Of a stretch of DNA of 64,000 bases, positions 28,853 to 37,054 are shown piece by piece. The notes beneath the pieces were generated by a model. It was not told the origin of the DNA and ran no database searches. It was given only the letters and a program-made list of their open reading frames with translations. The stretch comes from a phage. Made by a program: the position numbers and the translations under genes. The DNA lies in assembly GCA_029220445.1 (NCBI GenBank), contig GCA_029220445.1_3666.1; one strand, written 5' to 3'. Position 1 is the stretch's first letter. Each line of letters opens with the position of its first letter.

Positions 28853-30118
28853 TTATTCCAGCACCTCCCAAGTTTCTGGATTAAGATTGCGGAATGCGAT
28901 ACCCACAGGGAATTGAGGCACACCGTCCACCGTACGCTGTTGGAATTTTATCGTGATAAATTTGCCAACATATGAGCAGCATTTTTCGTAGTTCCTTACG
29001 GCAAAAGTGCCTTTCATTTTGCATTTGCATTGTGTCCCATCTTTCTCTTCGCAGATAAGAACACCTTCCCCGTTTTTATCTTTTTCAACACCGATCACTT
29101 TTGCTTCAACATCGGTGAACAGTTTCCACTTGAGCAGATCAGTAGAGCGTTGACCGTATTCGTAGGTGCCACGGAAGTTACGAATAATAGATCCTTCATA
29201 ACCTTCCTGCATGTACTGTCCGATGGAGTTGCGAACCTCTTCCTCGTTGTAGGCGATCTTGAAAGGAACACCCTCGACGTTGGTGAGATGGTTAACTTCA
29301 CAATAATCAATAACTTCCTGAAGATTTGTGGCCCGATCTTCCCAGCGATGGATGCAATCAGGAACATCGAACACCATCAGTTTCAGGTCATAAGAGCAGT
29401 AACCTCCATACCGATCAGAATCACGGACAGGTTCTTCATAAACCGGATGATCAACCTTGTTGAAGTCTTTCCATGTCTCCTCTCCGGCCTTGATCGCTTT
29501 CTCACGGCGTTTTATGTCTGCCATGAAATCCTTATCAATTTCTTTCTCAATGTCTTCCAGACTACGCCATTTCTTAACGAGGGAGGTTATTTTCTGCAAC
29601 GGTAAACCGTGAATGTAGAACTCCCCATCAAATTCATCAAAGCCTGTTTCTTCATGCAGGTCTTGTAGCTCACGGAGGATGTTACCTTTCGGCTCATACA
29701 CTTTGTTACCGCGAGAGATGAATTTAGGTACACCGTCTACGAATTTGACAAAGCAACGGTTCCCGTCAAGTTTGTGTTGCAGGTGGCATGGATACACAAT
29801 AGCGTGTGGTTTTTTCGAAGCATCTTGCGCCAGCATAGGTGAAATGTCAATGGCCTCAAGGTCTTCGACATTTTCTTTGTAACCCAGCCGGACTTGCTTT
29901 TCCCATTTAGACTGCGCCTCTAAAACAGCTTGTTCTTCTGCTGTAGTTTCGTTGGATCGCCCGATGTTTTTGGCTTCACATTTTGTGGTTTTTGATTGTA
30001 CAGCGCCACCAACCCTGCCGAACACAACAATAACCTCGTTGCCGCTTGTATCTACTTTCCACATCTGGATGGACCCGTCTTTATTGCGAGCATAAAGTGT
30101 TGTTTTGAATTGATGCAT
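28853..30118 (-). CDS. ATP-dependent DNA ligase
   Basis: adenylation motif I HKLDGNR (KxDGxR), EGSIIRN (motif IV) and LLKWK (motif V). Confidence 0.8.
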   Translation of the reverse strand: MHQFKTTLYARNKDGSIQMWKVDTSGNEVIVVFGRVGGAVQSKTTKCEAKNIGRSNETTAEEQAVLEAQSKWEKQVRLGYKENVEDLEAIDISPMLAQDASKKPHAIVYPCHLQHKLDGNRCFVKFVDGVPKFISRGNKVYEPKGNILRELQDLHEETGFDEFDGEFYIHGLPLQKITSLVKKWRSLEDIEKEIDKDFMADIKRREKAIKAGEETWKDFNKVDHPVYEEPVRDSDRYGGYCSYDLKLMVFDVPDCIHRWEDRATNLQEVIDYCEVNHLTNVEGVPFKIAYNEEEVRNSIGQYMQEGYEGSIIRNFRGTYEYGQRSTDLLKWKLFTDVEAKVIGVEKDKNGEGVLICEEKDGTQCKCKMKGTFAVRNYEKCCSYVGKFITIKFQQRTVDGVPQFPVGIAFRNLNPETWEVLE

Positions 30119-30387
30119 TACTCTACCTCTTCCTTAAAAATTTTAAACATCTCTTCTTTACTCATTACCAACCAGTCACCCATAAAATCAACAAGCCAAT
30201 CACCCTGGTACAAGACTAGGTTACCAAACGGCTCTACAAGCTCACACATACGACGAAGATCTCTGGTCCGAACAGGTGACGATGTAAACACACCTGTATC
30301 AATCCACCGTTGCAGATCAGATACTGATGAAGAGCTTCCGTCAAACTGGTGTGCTTCTACAGGTTTAGCAAGATTAAATAACGGCAT
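30118..30387 (-). CDS. hypothetical protein
   Basis: 89-aa ORF. Confidence 0.4.
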   Translation of the reverse strand: MPLFNLAKPVEAHQFDGSSSSVSDLQRWIDTGVFTSSPVRTRDLRRMCELVEPFGNLVLYQGDWLVDFMGDWLVMSKEEMFKIFKEEVE

Positions 30388-30682
30388 TGCAGTCCTCCTT
30401 CTCTAATAGGTCTTTTATCGGGTAAACAAGCAGGTGTGGATCGTAATAATTTATAGTTTTATTCTGCCACACTATGAACTTAATTACAACTAAATTTACC
30501 ACATCTTTATCTCCATGTAGTCCAACACACAGATTTGTCCATATTTTGTGGTTGAATACTTTGCTGTCGATGTAGATCTTAGTGTCAAACTTATCCTCTA
30601 TCCTACCTATAAATTTAACCAATTCTTTCATCTGATCTCCAAACACAGCATCGTTTTCAAGATCTCTGGAGTGCTTGTACAT
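30374..30682 (-). CDS. hypothetical protein
   Basis: 102-aa ORF. Confidence 0.4.
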   Translation of the reverse strand: MYKHSRDLENDAVFGDQMKELVKFIGRIEDKFDTKIYIDSKVFNHKIWTNLCVGLHGDKDVVNLVVIKFIVWQNKTINYYDPHLLVYPIKDLLEKEDCNAVI

Positions 30683-30745
30683 AACTTTCTACCTCACTTG
30701 CATACTTTCCGAAACAAGTAAAGCCGGGTAATCCCGGCTATGTTG

Positions 30746-31459
30746 TTAAATATACTCTGTTACATCCTTGAAGCTCGAAGGCTTCATAATCTTACCTTTA
30801 TTGTCAAGGAATATGATAACTTTATTACCGTTGTAGAATTCTTCCTTGGCAACAAAACCTTCATATCGACCATCAAAGCGTCGTTCAAGATCTTTAATCT
30901 CCAACTCGATTAGTTGTTCAGCAGGCATATCTGCACTGGCACCGTGTGAATACCGTAGATGGTTGACCCGTGCAAACTTGCTGTCATTCGATTTGAGAAC
31001 CTTACGCATCATCCCGCACACATCGCCGCGAAGCTGGAACAGCAAAGCTGTTGACAACTCTGCTAAGCGGTAAGCAGACGCTCTTTGCTTAGAGGTGTTT
31101 TTCGCAGCGATCAGTGTATCATAGAACTCGCCGATCTTGAACTTAATACCTCGCGGATTATCAAACAGGTTTGACCACTTTTCGTGATTATCATTAACAA
31201 GATAAGCGGCATAACTTGTGACAACGTGAAGATCGCAGGCCTCTTTTAGCAGGTGATCTCCACCATCACCTTTCTCCAGCTCTTCCAAAACCTCATTGAA
31301 CTCTTCCTCAATGAAGCTAAGCTGTAATTCGAATGGTGTGTATGATTTTTTCACTTTAGCTGCCACACGGTTCCAGTTTTCCACCCAATTGGCAGACCAA
31401 AGGTAGTTTTCAGGCTGAGACAGTTTTTCCAGGTTGTCGATCAGTTTAGTATTCAGCAT
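30746..31459 (-). CDS. hypothetical protein, possibly MazG-like nucleotide pyrophosphohydrolase
   Basis: EEEFNEVLEELEKGD...LLKEACDLHVV resembles the MazG ExxE...ExxD metal-binding helix pair; weak. Confidence 0.4.
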   Translation of the reverse strand: MLNTKLIDNLEKLSQPENYLWSANWVENWNRVAAKVKKSYTPFELQLSFIEEEFNEVLEELEKGDGGDHLLKEACDLHVVTSYAAYLVNDNHEKWSNLFDNPRGIKFKIGEFYDTLIAAKNTSKQRASAYRLAELSTALLFQLRGDVCGMMRKVLKSNDSKFARVNHLRYSHGASADMPAEQLIELEIKDLERRFDGRYEGFVAKEEFYNGNKVIIFLDNKGKIMKPSSFKDVTEYI

Positions 31460-31472
31460 TAAAGGTCTCCTT

Positions 31473-32234
31473 TTAAAGTTCCATAAAGTTTTCTACAGTT
31501 TCAATAAATGCTTTATCAGAGAAAGCGTCAACAGCACCGTTAAACCATACAGGGATCCCGCGATCCTCATATTGATAAAGGTCGCTACGTGAAATGCCAC
31601 TTCCATCTGCACTCTGCGAATCATACTTGTTTACAATCAGCAGTTTTGTTCCTTTACAAGTAGCAGGAAACAATTCCCAGTTAAAATTAATAACTGTGTT
31701 AGAACAACCCACTAGGATCACCATATCATTGCTGGTGAGAGATGTCAACAGGTCATACATGTCTGTATACTTAGGAGCAACCTCACCGAAGAACACTACA
31801 TTGGGCTTAACCCAAGTATACTTGCCTGTATCTACCTCCGTGTATCCGATATTTTTAATTACATCATTACCTTCAGCATCTTCGTAGGTGATTTCAGGCA
31901 AATACCCGTGGACATGTAAAATATCTTCATGTTTTACACCAGCACGCTCCAGCAAATCATCTACATTGGTGGTAAGGTTGATCACACGACCAGACCAGCG
32001 GGAATACCACTCAGCGATCCGAAGATGTGCAAGGTTAGGATCAACACTGCCCAGAGCTACACGACGTGCATTGTAAAAGTCATGCACCTTATAGTAGTTC
32101 TTGGCAAAGGTGTGGATGTTGCACACCTCATCGATGCTGAAATTCTCCCACATTGCAGTGCTACCAGATCGGAAGGTGGGAATACCAGATTCTGCGCTCA
32201 AACCAGCACCAGAAATAACAATAAGTCGTCGCAT
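31473..32234 (-). CDS. Sir2-family (sirtuin-like) NAD-dependent enzyme
   Basis: GAGLSAESGIPTFR, TTNVDDLLERAG, catalytic HG (LHVHGYL), VFFGE; lacks the CxxC zinc ribbon. Confidence 0.85.
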   Translation of the reverse strand: MRRLIVISGAGLSAESGIPTFRSGSTAMWENFSIDEVCNIHTFAKNYYKVHDFYNARRVALGSVDPNLAHLRIAEWYSRWSGRVINLTTNVDDLLERAGVKHEDILHVHGYLPEITYEDAEGNDVIKNIGYTEVDTGKYTWVKPNVVFFGEVAPKYTDMYDLLTSLTSNDMVILVGCSNTVINFNWELFPATCKGTKLLIVNKYDSQSADGSGISRSDLYQYEDRGIPVWFNGAVDAFSDKAFIETVENFMEL

Positions 32235-32242
32235 AAATGTCC

Positions 32243-32593
32243 TTAGTAGATGTTTTGTTTGATCTCTATTCCAAACTTCTTGAATGAGTCAGCAGCAAGC
32301 ATAAATTTACGAGCTGCCGATGGATTAGAAGTATGCACGAAAATAATCACGTTGTCAATAAGTGGTGGCTTTCCGAATACAAGTTTCTCCTCTAGCGCAG
32401 AGAAGCAGTCGTACCCTTCAAGAACTTCACCTAGATCATTGTCAAAATACCATTCAGATACGCGTCTGTAGAGCTTTCTCTTATCATTAAGAAAATCCAT
32501 AAATTCAGAAGAATTCTTTAGCCACAGAGCGTCTGGGAGTCCATAATCTGACGGATCTCTAAAATCATCAAGCCACACAATCCACTTCTTCAT
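32243..32593 (-). CDS. hypothetical protein with CheY-like receiver (flavodoxin-fold) resemblance
   Basis: ATG at 32593 forms an ATGA overlap with the RNA ligase stop; IVWLDDF and VSEWYFDNDLGEV resemble receiver-domain blocks, with Glu at the phospho-acceptor position. Confidence 0.4.
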   Translation of the reverse strand: MKKWIVWLDDFRDPSDYGLPDALWLKNSSEFMDFLNDKRKLYRRVSEWYFDNDLGEVLEGYDCFSALEEKLVFGKPPLIDNVIIFVHTSNPSAARKFMLAADSFKKFGIEIKQNIY

Positions 32594-33525
32594 TGCATAT
32601 AGTCCTCGTTGTGGAAATAGCAGTCCAGTATCTCGCGACGCTCCTGCTCTAATAAGCAATTCCACACATCTTCTGTATAGTTGCTACGAATAAATTTTAC
32701 CATACCGTAAAACTCCTCGTCAACACGTTTAAAAATATCGTCATCCCAAATCTTCCATGCTTTACCTCTCATTACGGCCTTCCGTGCCAAATAGTATGGA
32801 GACTTGATCTTCAGCTGCAGGTCATAAGGGCAGTAAGGCTTACGGATCATATACCCTTCGCCCCTTGTTTCTGCAGCTAATTCTTTTGCATAGCTGAACG
32901 GGATTTCACGCACAGTGTGAGGACGTTTTGCACCAAGGTATTTGGCAATCCCATCTAAAGCTGCTTCTGGTAGCATTATTCCAGAATCATTATATCTGCA
33001 ACCTATCAAATATGCGCCATGGTCTTCTTGAACAATATGCGGATCTGAAGGGTGACAAATTTCAAACATGAATGTCATGTTTTCATTGCCCATAACCTTC
33101 TTGATAAGATCTAAATTACCACATTGCTCTTGGATGGTTTCCTTTGCAAGGTTACAATATGGAGAATCAAGAGACCCGGTTGTTGAGAACAATAGTTCAC
33201 CTTTATGAGATGATACCACACCGAGGAATCCGTTCTTTTTCTCTACCGCAGTAACAAGTTTACTGTCCGGTAGGTTGGTGGAGTTTTCTCCTAAGTTGAA
33301 TACTTTTGTGAAAGGCCATGCCACAACATTCCCCTCATTGCCAACAACAATACCTCGGCACTCCAGTAAACGCGGAGACAAATGCCACAGATTGTTGTAG
33401 AATACTTTTCTGGCATATTTATAGATCTTTAATCCAAGATCTGGATAATACCGACTGGTTACAAGACCTTTGTCTACTAGGTCATCTGCATTAAAATACT
33501 TCATCATACGTTCCTCATTTGTCAT
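32590..33525 (-). CDS. RNA ligase (Rnl2-like nucleotidyltransferase)
   Basis: EKKNGFLGVV (motif I KxNG), FMFEI (motif IV), GEGYMIRKPYCPYDLQLKIKS matching T4 Rnl2 EGYVLKP...IKCK. Confidence 0.75.
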   Translation of the reverse strand: MTNEERMMKYFNADDLVDKGLVTSRYYPDLGLKIYKYARKVFYNNLWHLSPRLLECRGIVVGNEGNVVAWPFTKVFNLGENSTNLPDSKLVTAVEKKNGFLGVVSSHKGELLFSTTGSLDSPYCNLAKETIQEQCGNLDLIKKVMGNENMTFMFEICHPSDPHIVQEDHGAYLIGCRYNDSGIMLPEAALDGIAKYLGAKRPHTVREIPFSYAKELAAETRGEGYMIRKPYCPYDLQLKIKSPYYLARKAVMRGKAWKIWDDDIFKRVDEEFYGMVKFIRSNYTEDVWNCLLEQERREILDCYFHNEDYMQ

Positions 33526-33568
33526 TTTGTCAGTCTATCCTGCCACACAAATAACCTAGTGTCAACAC

Positions 33569-33597
33569 TTGAAATTAACAAAACAGTTAGGTATACT
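33569..33597 (+). promoter_or_regulatory. sigma70-type promoter TTGAAA-N17-TATACT
   Basis: hexamers at 33569-33574 and 33592-33597 in the divergent intergenic region; GGAGGA SD and ATG at 33626 follow. Confidence 0.5.
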
Positions 33598-33625
33598 ATC
33601 ATTAAAATTAAAACGGAGGATTGCT

Positions 33626-34036
33626 ATGTCTAAAATGCTATATATCGTGCGTGGTCTGCCAGGGTCTGGCAAATCAACACTGGCAAATGCGCTATCTTTA
33701 GAAGGTCTGTATCCACATTTTGAGAACGACATGTTCTGGTATGACGATGACGGCAATTACAACTGGGATGCAAGTAAAGTAACACTCGCAGCAAAATGGT
33801 GCAAAGATAACGTAGAAGATATGATGAGTATGGGATACGACCGTATCGTGGTAAGTAATACGTTTACAAAAGAAAAACATGTGCAGGAATATGTTGACAT
33901 GGCAATCAGTCATGGGTATAGTTATACCGTGATCGTGGTTGAAAACCGCCACGGTAATAAAAGCATTCATGATGTTCCAGACAAGGTTGTGGATCGTATG
34001 GAACGCCAGCTTAAAAACTGCATTAAACTTAAATGA
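33626..34036 (+). CDS. P-loop polynucleotide 5'-kinase-like protein
   Basis: MSKMLYIVRGLPGSGKSTLA resembles the N-terminus of the T4 Pnk kinase domain; start taken at ATG 33626 rather than the track's TTG 33569. Confidence 0.65.
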   Translation: MSKMLYIVRGLPGSGKSTLANALSLEGLYPHFENDMFWYDDDGNYNWDASKVTLAAKWCKDNVEDMMSMGYDRIVVSNTFTKEKHVQEYVDMAISHGYSYTVIVVENRHGNKSIHDVPDKVVDRMERQLKNCIKLK

Positions 34037-34043
34037 GGAATGT

Positions 34044-34598
34044 ATGAAATACTTTGTAACAAGCGACACACACTTTCTCCACCAGCGGGTCATGGAGTTT
34101 GATTCATGTCAAAAACACAGATCTCAGTATGATCACAATCTTGACAGTATGAATGCGGGAATCATCGCCGAGTGGAACTCTGTTGTGTCACCTGCAGACA
34201 CTGTGTTCCACTTGGGAGATATTGCGTGCACTAATGATAAGAATATCAACAAATTACTTCCAGATATTCTAGATATGTTGAACGGACATATTATTCTTGT
34301 TCGTGGCAACCATGACACAAGGACGACTGTCAGAATTATGAAAGAGTTCTATCACGAGGTTGTAGATTATTACGAGCTTCGCCACAACAAGAATTTGATC
34401 TGTATGAGCCATTACCAATTTGCAAAGTGGAACAGAAAGCCTCACGGATCAGTCCAACTGTTCGGTCATGCTCACGGAACCACACAACAGTTGTTTGGCA
34501 GGCAGCTTGATGTCGGTTGGGATGTGTGGGGGAGACTCTTACCATTAGAAGAGGCATACCGTACTGCAATGAGTTTTGATATTGACAGCAGGGAGTAA
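34044..34598 (+). CDS. calcineurin-like metallophosphoesterase (putative 2',3'/3'-phosphatase)
   Basis: MKYFVTSDTHFLH, HLGDIA, LVRGNHDT, GHAH metallophosphatase motifs; start at ATG 34044 with GAGGAA SD. Confidence 0.8.
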   Translation: MKYFVTSDTHFLHQRVMEFDSCQKHRSQYDHNLDSMNAGIIAEWNSVVSPADTVFHLGDIACTNDKNINKLLPDILDMLNGHIILVRGNHDTRTTVRIMKEFYHEVVDYYELRHNKNLICMSHYQFAKWNRKPHGSVQLFGHAHGTTQQLFGRQLDVGWDVWGRLLPLEEAYRTAMSFDIDSRE

Positions 34599-34645
34599 TC
34601 CCTGCTATTTTAAAGAAAATTGCCACACAAGGAGAATCAGGAGAT

Positions 34646-34996
34646 ATGAAAGATGGGGATAAGCTGCTATATCTTAAAGTCCCCCTTGAAATACTGTCTA
34701 TGTCAAAAGTTTTGAATGACACAACTGGGGAGGTTGTTGTTCTTGACTTGTATGACAAGATCGTATACTGCTACCTGCACAACTGGTATAAACTTGGAGG
34801 AAATTCACGCTTCACACCCAGCACAAGGAAAATTGCAGCAGATGTTGGGATAAAGAAAACAAAAGCAGCAGCGTGCGTTAAAACTTTAGAATGTGCAGGA
34901 TTGGTTGAAACATCCACACAGGGGAGAGGTAAAAGATGCACATTTTCCAAAGTTTTGCCACCAGAAAAAGTTATTCGAATGTCAACAACTGGTTAG
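34646..34996 (+). CDS. winged-helix DNA-binding protein
   Basis: STRKIAADVGIKKTKAAACVKTLECAGLVE helix-turn-helix segment; gene ends 76 bp before the operator array. Confidence 0.5.
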   Translation: MKDGDKLLYLKVPLEILSMSKVLNDTTGEVVVLDLYDKIVYCYLHNWYKLGGNSRFTPSTRKIAADVGIKKTKAAACVKTLECAGLVETSTQGRGKRCTFSKVLPPEKVIRMSTTG

Positions 34997-35071
34997 ACCA
35001 GTAAAAACTTAAATATCTGTACTATAAGGATTCGTATGTTTTATGTTCGCTCTGGAACAGAGGTTAGTAAC

Positions 35072-35152
35072 TGTCCGTGATACGGACACTACTGTCCGTC
35101 ACGCGGACACATCTGCCCGTAATACGGACACTAACTGTCCGTGATACGGACA
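35072..35152. repeat. four phased 17-bp palindromic sites TGTCCGT-N3-ACGGACA (operator or iteron array)
   Basis: copies at 35072-35088, 35093-35109, 35114-35130, 35136-35152; copies 1 and 4 identical, 2 and 3 each one mismatch; spacing 21, 21, 22 bp. Confidence 0.7.
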
Positions 35153-35639
35153 CATAAAGAATATAACTAAAATAACTAAATAATAAAAAATAAAAGATCT
35201 AGTACTTATGGTACTAAAGTACATATACTTAACTTATGTAGAATATACTAGATCCTAAGTACCATGTTTTAAATTTATTACTTACTGTAGGTAGTGTCGG
35301 CCCTTCATTGGCACTCGCCTACGAGGGGCGAGATGCCGGGCCTCCGTAGTGCACACATGCAGGTCTGTTAACATGTGTGGGAGCGAAGCGATAGCGCAGG
35401 CCAAAGGCCGAGCACTAATGTGGACCACCGACGAAAGCTTGCCAGCGCCGTAAGGAGTCGGTTGAGAGCCTCCCGCGCGAGTTTGGATAAAGTTTATGTG
35501 TGGAAACGGACAATGAGGCCCCTAAATCGCTCCACAGCCATATAAACTATACCAAGTAAGGCAATCGCACCAGTTTGATAGAAAAGCTCGTTACAAAGCG
35601 ATACAGTGAGTTTTTCTATAACTTGAAGAGGAGGCAGCT

Positions 35640-36218
35640 ATGAGTCCACGCAAAGATGACCGTGAAAAGATTGCAAAACGTTATCAGAATGAAGAACAGA
35701 TGGAGAAAACTTTCAAGTGGAAGCCAGGTTTCCAGCGTAATCATTCTAACGCTCGTGATCGTAAGCATCCGGATAAGTGGTTAACACCGCCAAATGATGG
35801 CATGCAGGTTGGTGATGAGAAGGAGCTGTCACCTGGAAAAGATGGCAACTACATTCGCACTAAGGAAGCAGGTCCAAAGGATGACAGCTATCTTGTAGAT
35901 AAGGTTCTTGATGGTATTGATGTAGATGTTGACACTGCACGAAACCTTTTTCTTGGTTGGTATCGTACAGGGTTTTTCGACATCAAGGCGATTCGTCGTG
36001 TTTGTGATATTAAAAAGTCTGCCTATGATGATGACTCTCTACATCGCACTCTGAGACAATACTCAGAGAGATACGGTCATCCAGTTATCACTCTTGACGA
36101 TATTAACGAAGTGATGTATCATGCAGAGGTTGTTGCAGGTAGATTCGGTGATGCATATCTCGGTATTCTTTCTGCAAAAGATGAGGTGATGTTAAATAAA
36201 ATTTACTATGAACGCTGA
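35640..36218 (+). CDS. hypothetical protein
   Basis: 192-aa ORF with GAGGAGG SD. Confidence 0.5.
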   Translation: MSPRKDDREKIAKRYQNEEQMEKTFKWKPGFQRNHSNARDRKHPDKWLTPPNDGMQVGDEKELSPGKDGNYIRTKEAGPKDDSYLVDKVLDGIDVDVDTARNLFLGWYRTGFFDIKAIRRVCDIKKSAYDDDSLHRTLRQYSERYGHPVITLDDINEVMYHAEVVAGRFGDAYLGILSAKDEVMLNKIYYER

Positions 36219-36228
36219 GGAGCGCTTA

Positions 36229-36417
36229 ATGAACAACCCGGTAGCAAAGAACTGTAATAAGTTCAACAAGTCTGCAATTCACACTGACAGGAAAAAGAGC
36301 TGGTCTCCTGACATTGACGAGGAGCTTGAGAGTTACTTTGAAGACCTGGTCACTAATGCAGATGAGGTTGCGATTAAAGAATACGCAGACAGGAAGGATA
36401 AGGCCGGAATCTGTTGA
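36229..36417 (+). CDS. hypothetical acidic small protein
   Basis: ATG at 36229 with GAGGAG SD 7 nt upstream; the track's 36208 start overlaps the previous gene. Confidence 0.4.
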   Translation: MNNPVAKNCNKFNKSAIHTDRKKSWSPDIDEELESYFEDLVTNADEVAIKEYADRKDKAGIC

Positions 36418-36442
36418 CAAAAATAGTGTTACCTGATAAGAT
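36414..36442 (+). promoter_or_regulatory. sigma70-type promoter TTGACA-N17-TAAGAT
   Basis: consensus -35 with exact 17-bp spacer upstream of gene 36494. Confidence 0.5.
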
Positions 36443-36493
36443 CTGCAATATGATGTGATGCAATTTTAACTTACGAGGTCTACAGGTAATGCT

Positions 36494-36736
36494 ATGTTTA
36501 AGGTTAAGCTCGTTTTTCGTTCCATGAATGAGGATTATTTAGAAGATGAAGGTGAATTTCGTGCACTGGATGATGCAATAGATTTTGCCAACGACTTAGC
36601 TTGTATGAATACAGGTTATGGGCTATGTTGTTGGGATGGTGGTGTTCAGATCGGTGATAGCAAGATCTTCTACTTCTACCCTGAGCCTGATAACAAACAA
36701 ATTAAGTATGTTTTATTTATTTGTGCTTTACAATGA
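36494..36736 (+). CDS. hypothetical protein
   Basis: 80-aa ORF. Confidence 0.45.
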   Translation: MFKVKLVFRSMNEDYLEDEGEFRALDDAIDFANDLACMNTGYGLCCWDGGVQIGDSKIFYFYPEPDNKQIKYVLFICALQ

Positions 36737-36755
36737 GGTTGTTTTCGTGTATCAT
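36727..36755 (+). promoter_or_regulatory. sigma70-type promoter TTTACA-N17-TATCAT
   Basis: hexamers at 36727-36732 and 36750-36755; would start a transcript entering the GC-rich island. Confidence 0.45.
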
Positions 36756-36759
36756 GATT

Positions 36760-37020
36760 AATATCCAATTTAAAGATGAATTTGATGGCTTTATCTCTGG
36801 ATGCTTTGAAACAGGGTTCGGAGAAGGCTGAGTTCCCCTTAGAGGGCTTGATAGTGCACCACACTTAAAATGGTAGGGGCAGCCAGCACATGACGATGTG
36901 ACCCCAGCCAACCTGTAACAAGGTCGAGCCGAAGCGCGGGTAATAGGCCTCTGGTAACCCACTTGTTGGGTCTTGCTGGTCCAGGACGCTGGACAAGTCG
37001 CAGGGAATACCACCCTGCGG
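36760..37020 (+). ncRNA. candidate structured non-coding RNA (GC-rich ORF-free island)
   Basis: about 260 nt with GC content clearly above the flanks, several perfect hairpins (e.g. CGCAGGG-7nt-CCCTGCG at 36999-37019, GTCCAG-GACG-CTGGAC), own upstream promoter; the only ORF (36717-37058 minus) is low-complexity. Confidence 0.3.
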
Positions 37021-37025
37021 CGAAC

Positions 37026-37054
37026 TTGACAATCAGTATTTGCTATGATAAAAT
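37026..37054 (+). promoter_or_regulatory. sigma70-type promoter TTGACA-N17-TAAAAT
   Basis: consensus -35, 17-bp spacer, AT-rich -10; GGAGGAA SD and ATG 37083 follow. Confidence 0.55.

Noticed and set aside
31473-32234. Sir2 gene as part of a complete Thoeris-like defence system
   Set aside because: The protein is a bare 253-aa sirtuin domain without a SLOG or other sensor domain, and the neighbouring small protein resembles a receiver domain rather than showing clear TIR motifs; no basis to claim an intact defence operon.
35072-35152. Repeat array considered as CRISPR array or LexA (SOS) boxes
   Set aside because: The repeats are palindromes separated by 4-5 bp, not direct repeats with unique spacers. 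CTGT...ACA ends are spaced about 11 bp apart rather than the 8 bp of LexA CTGT-N8-ACAG.
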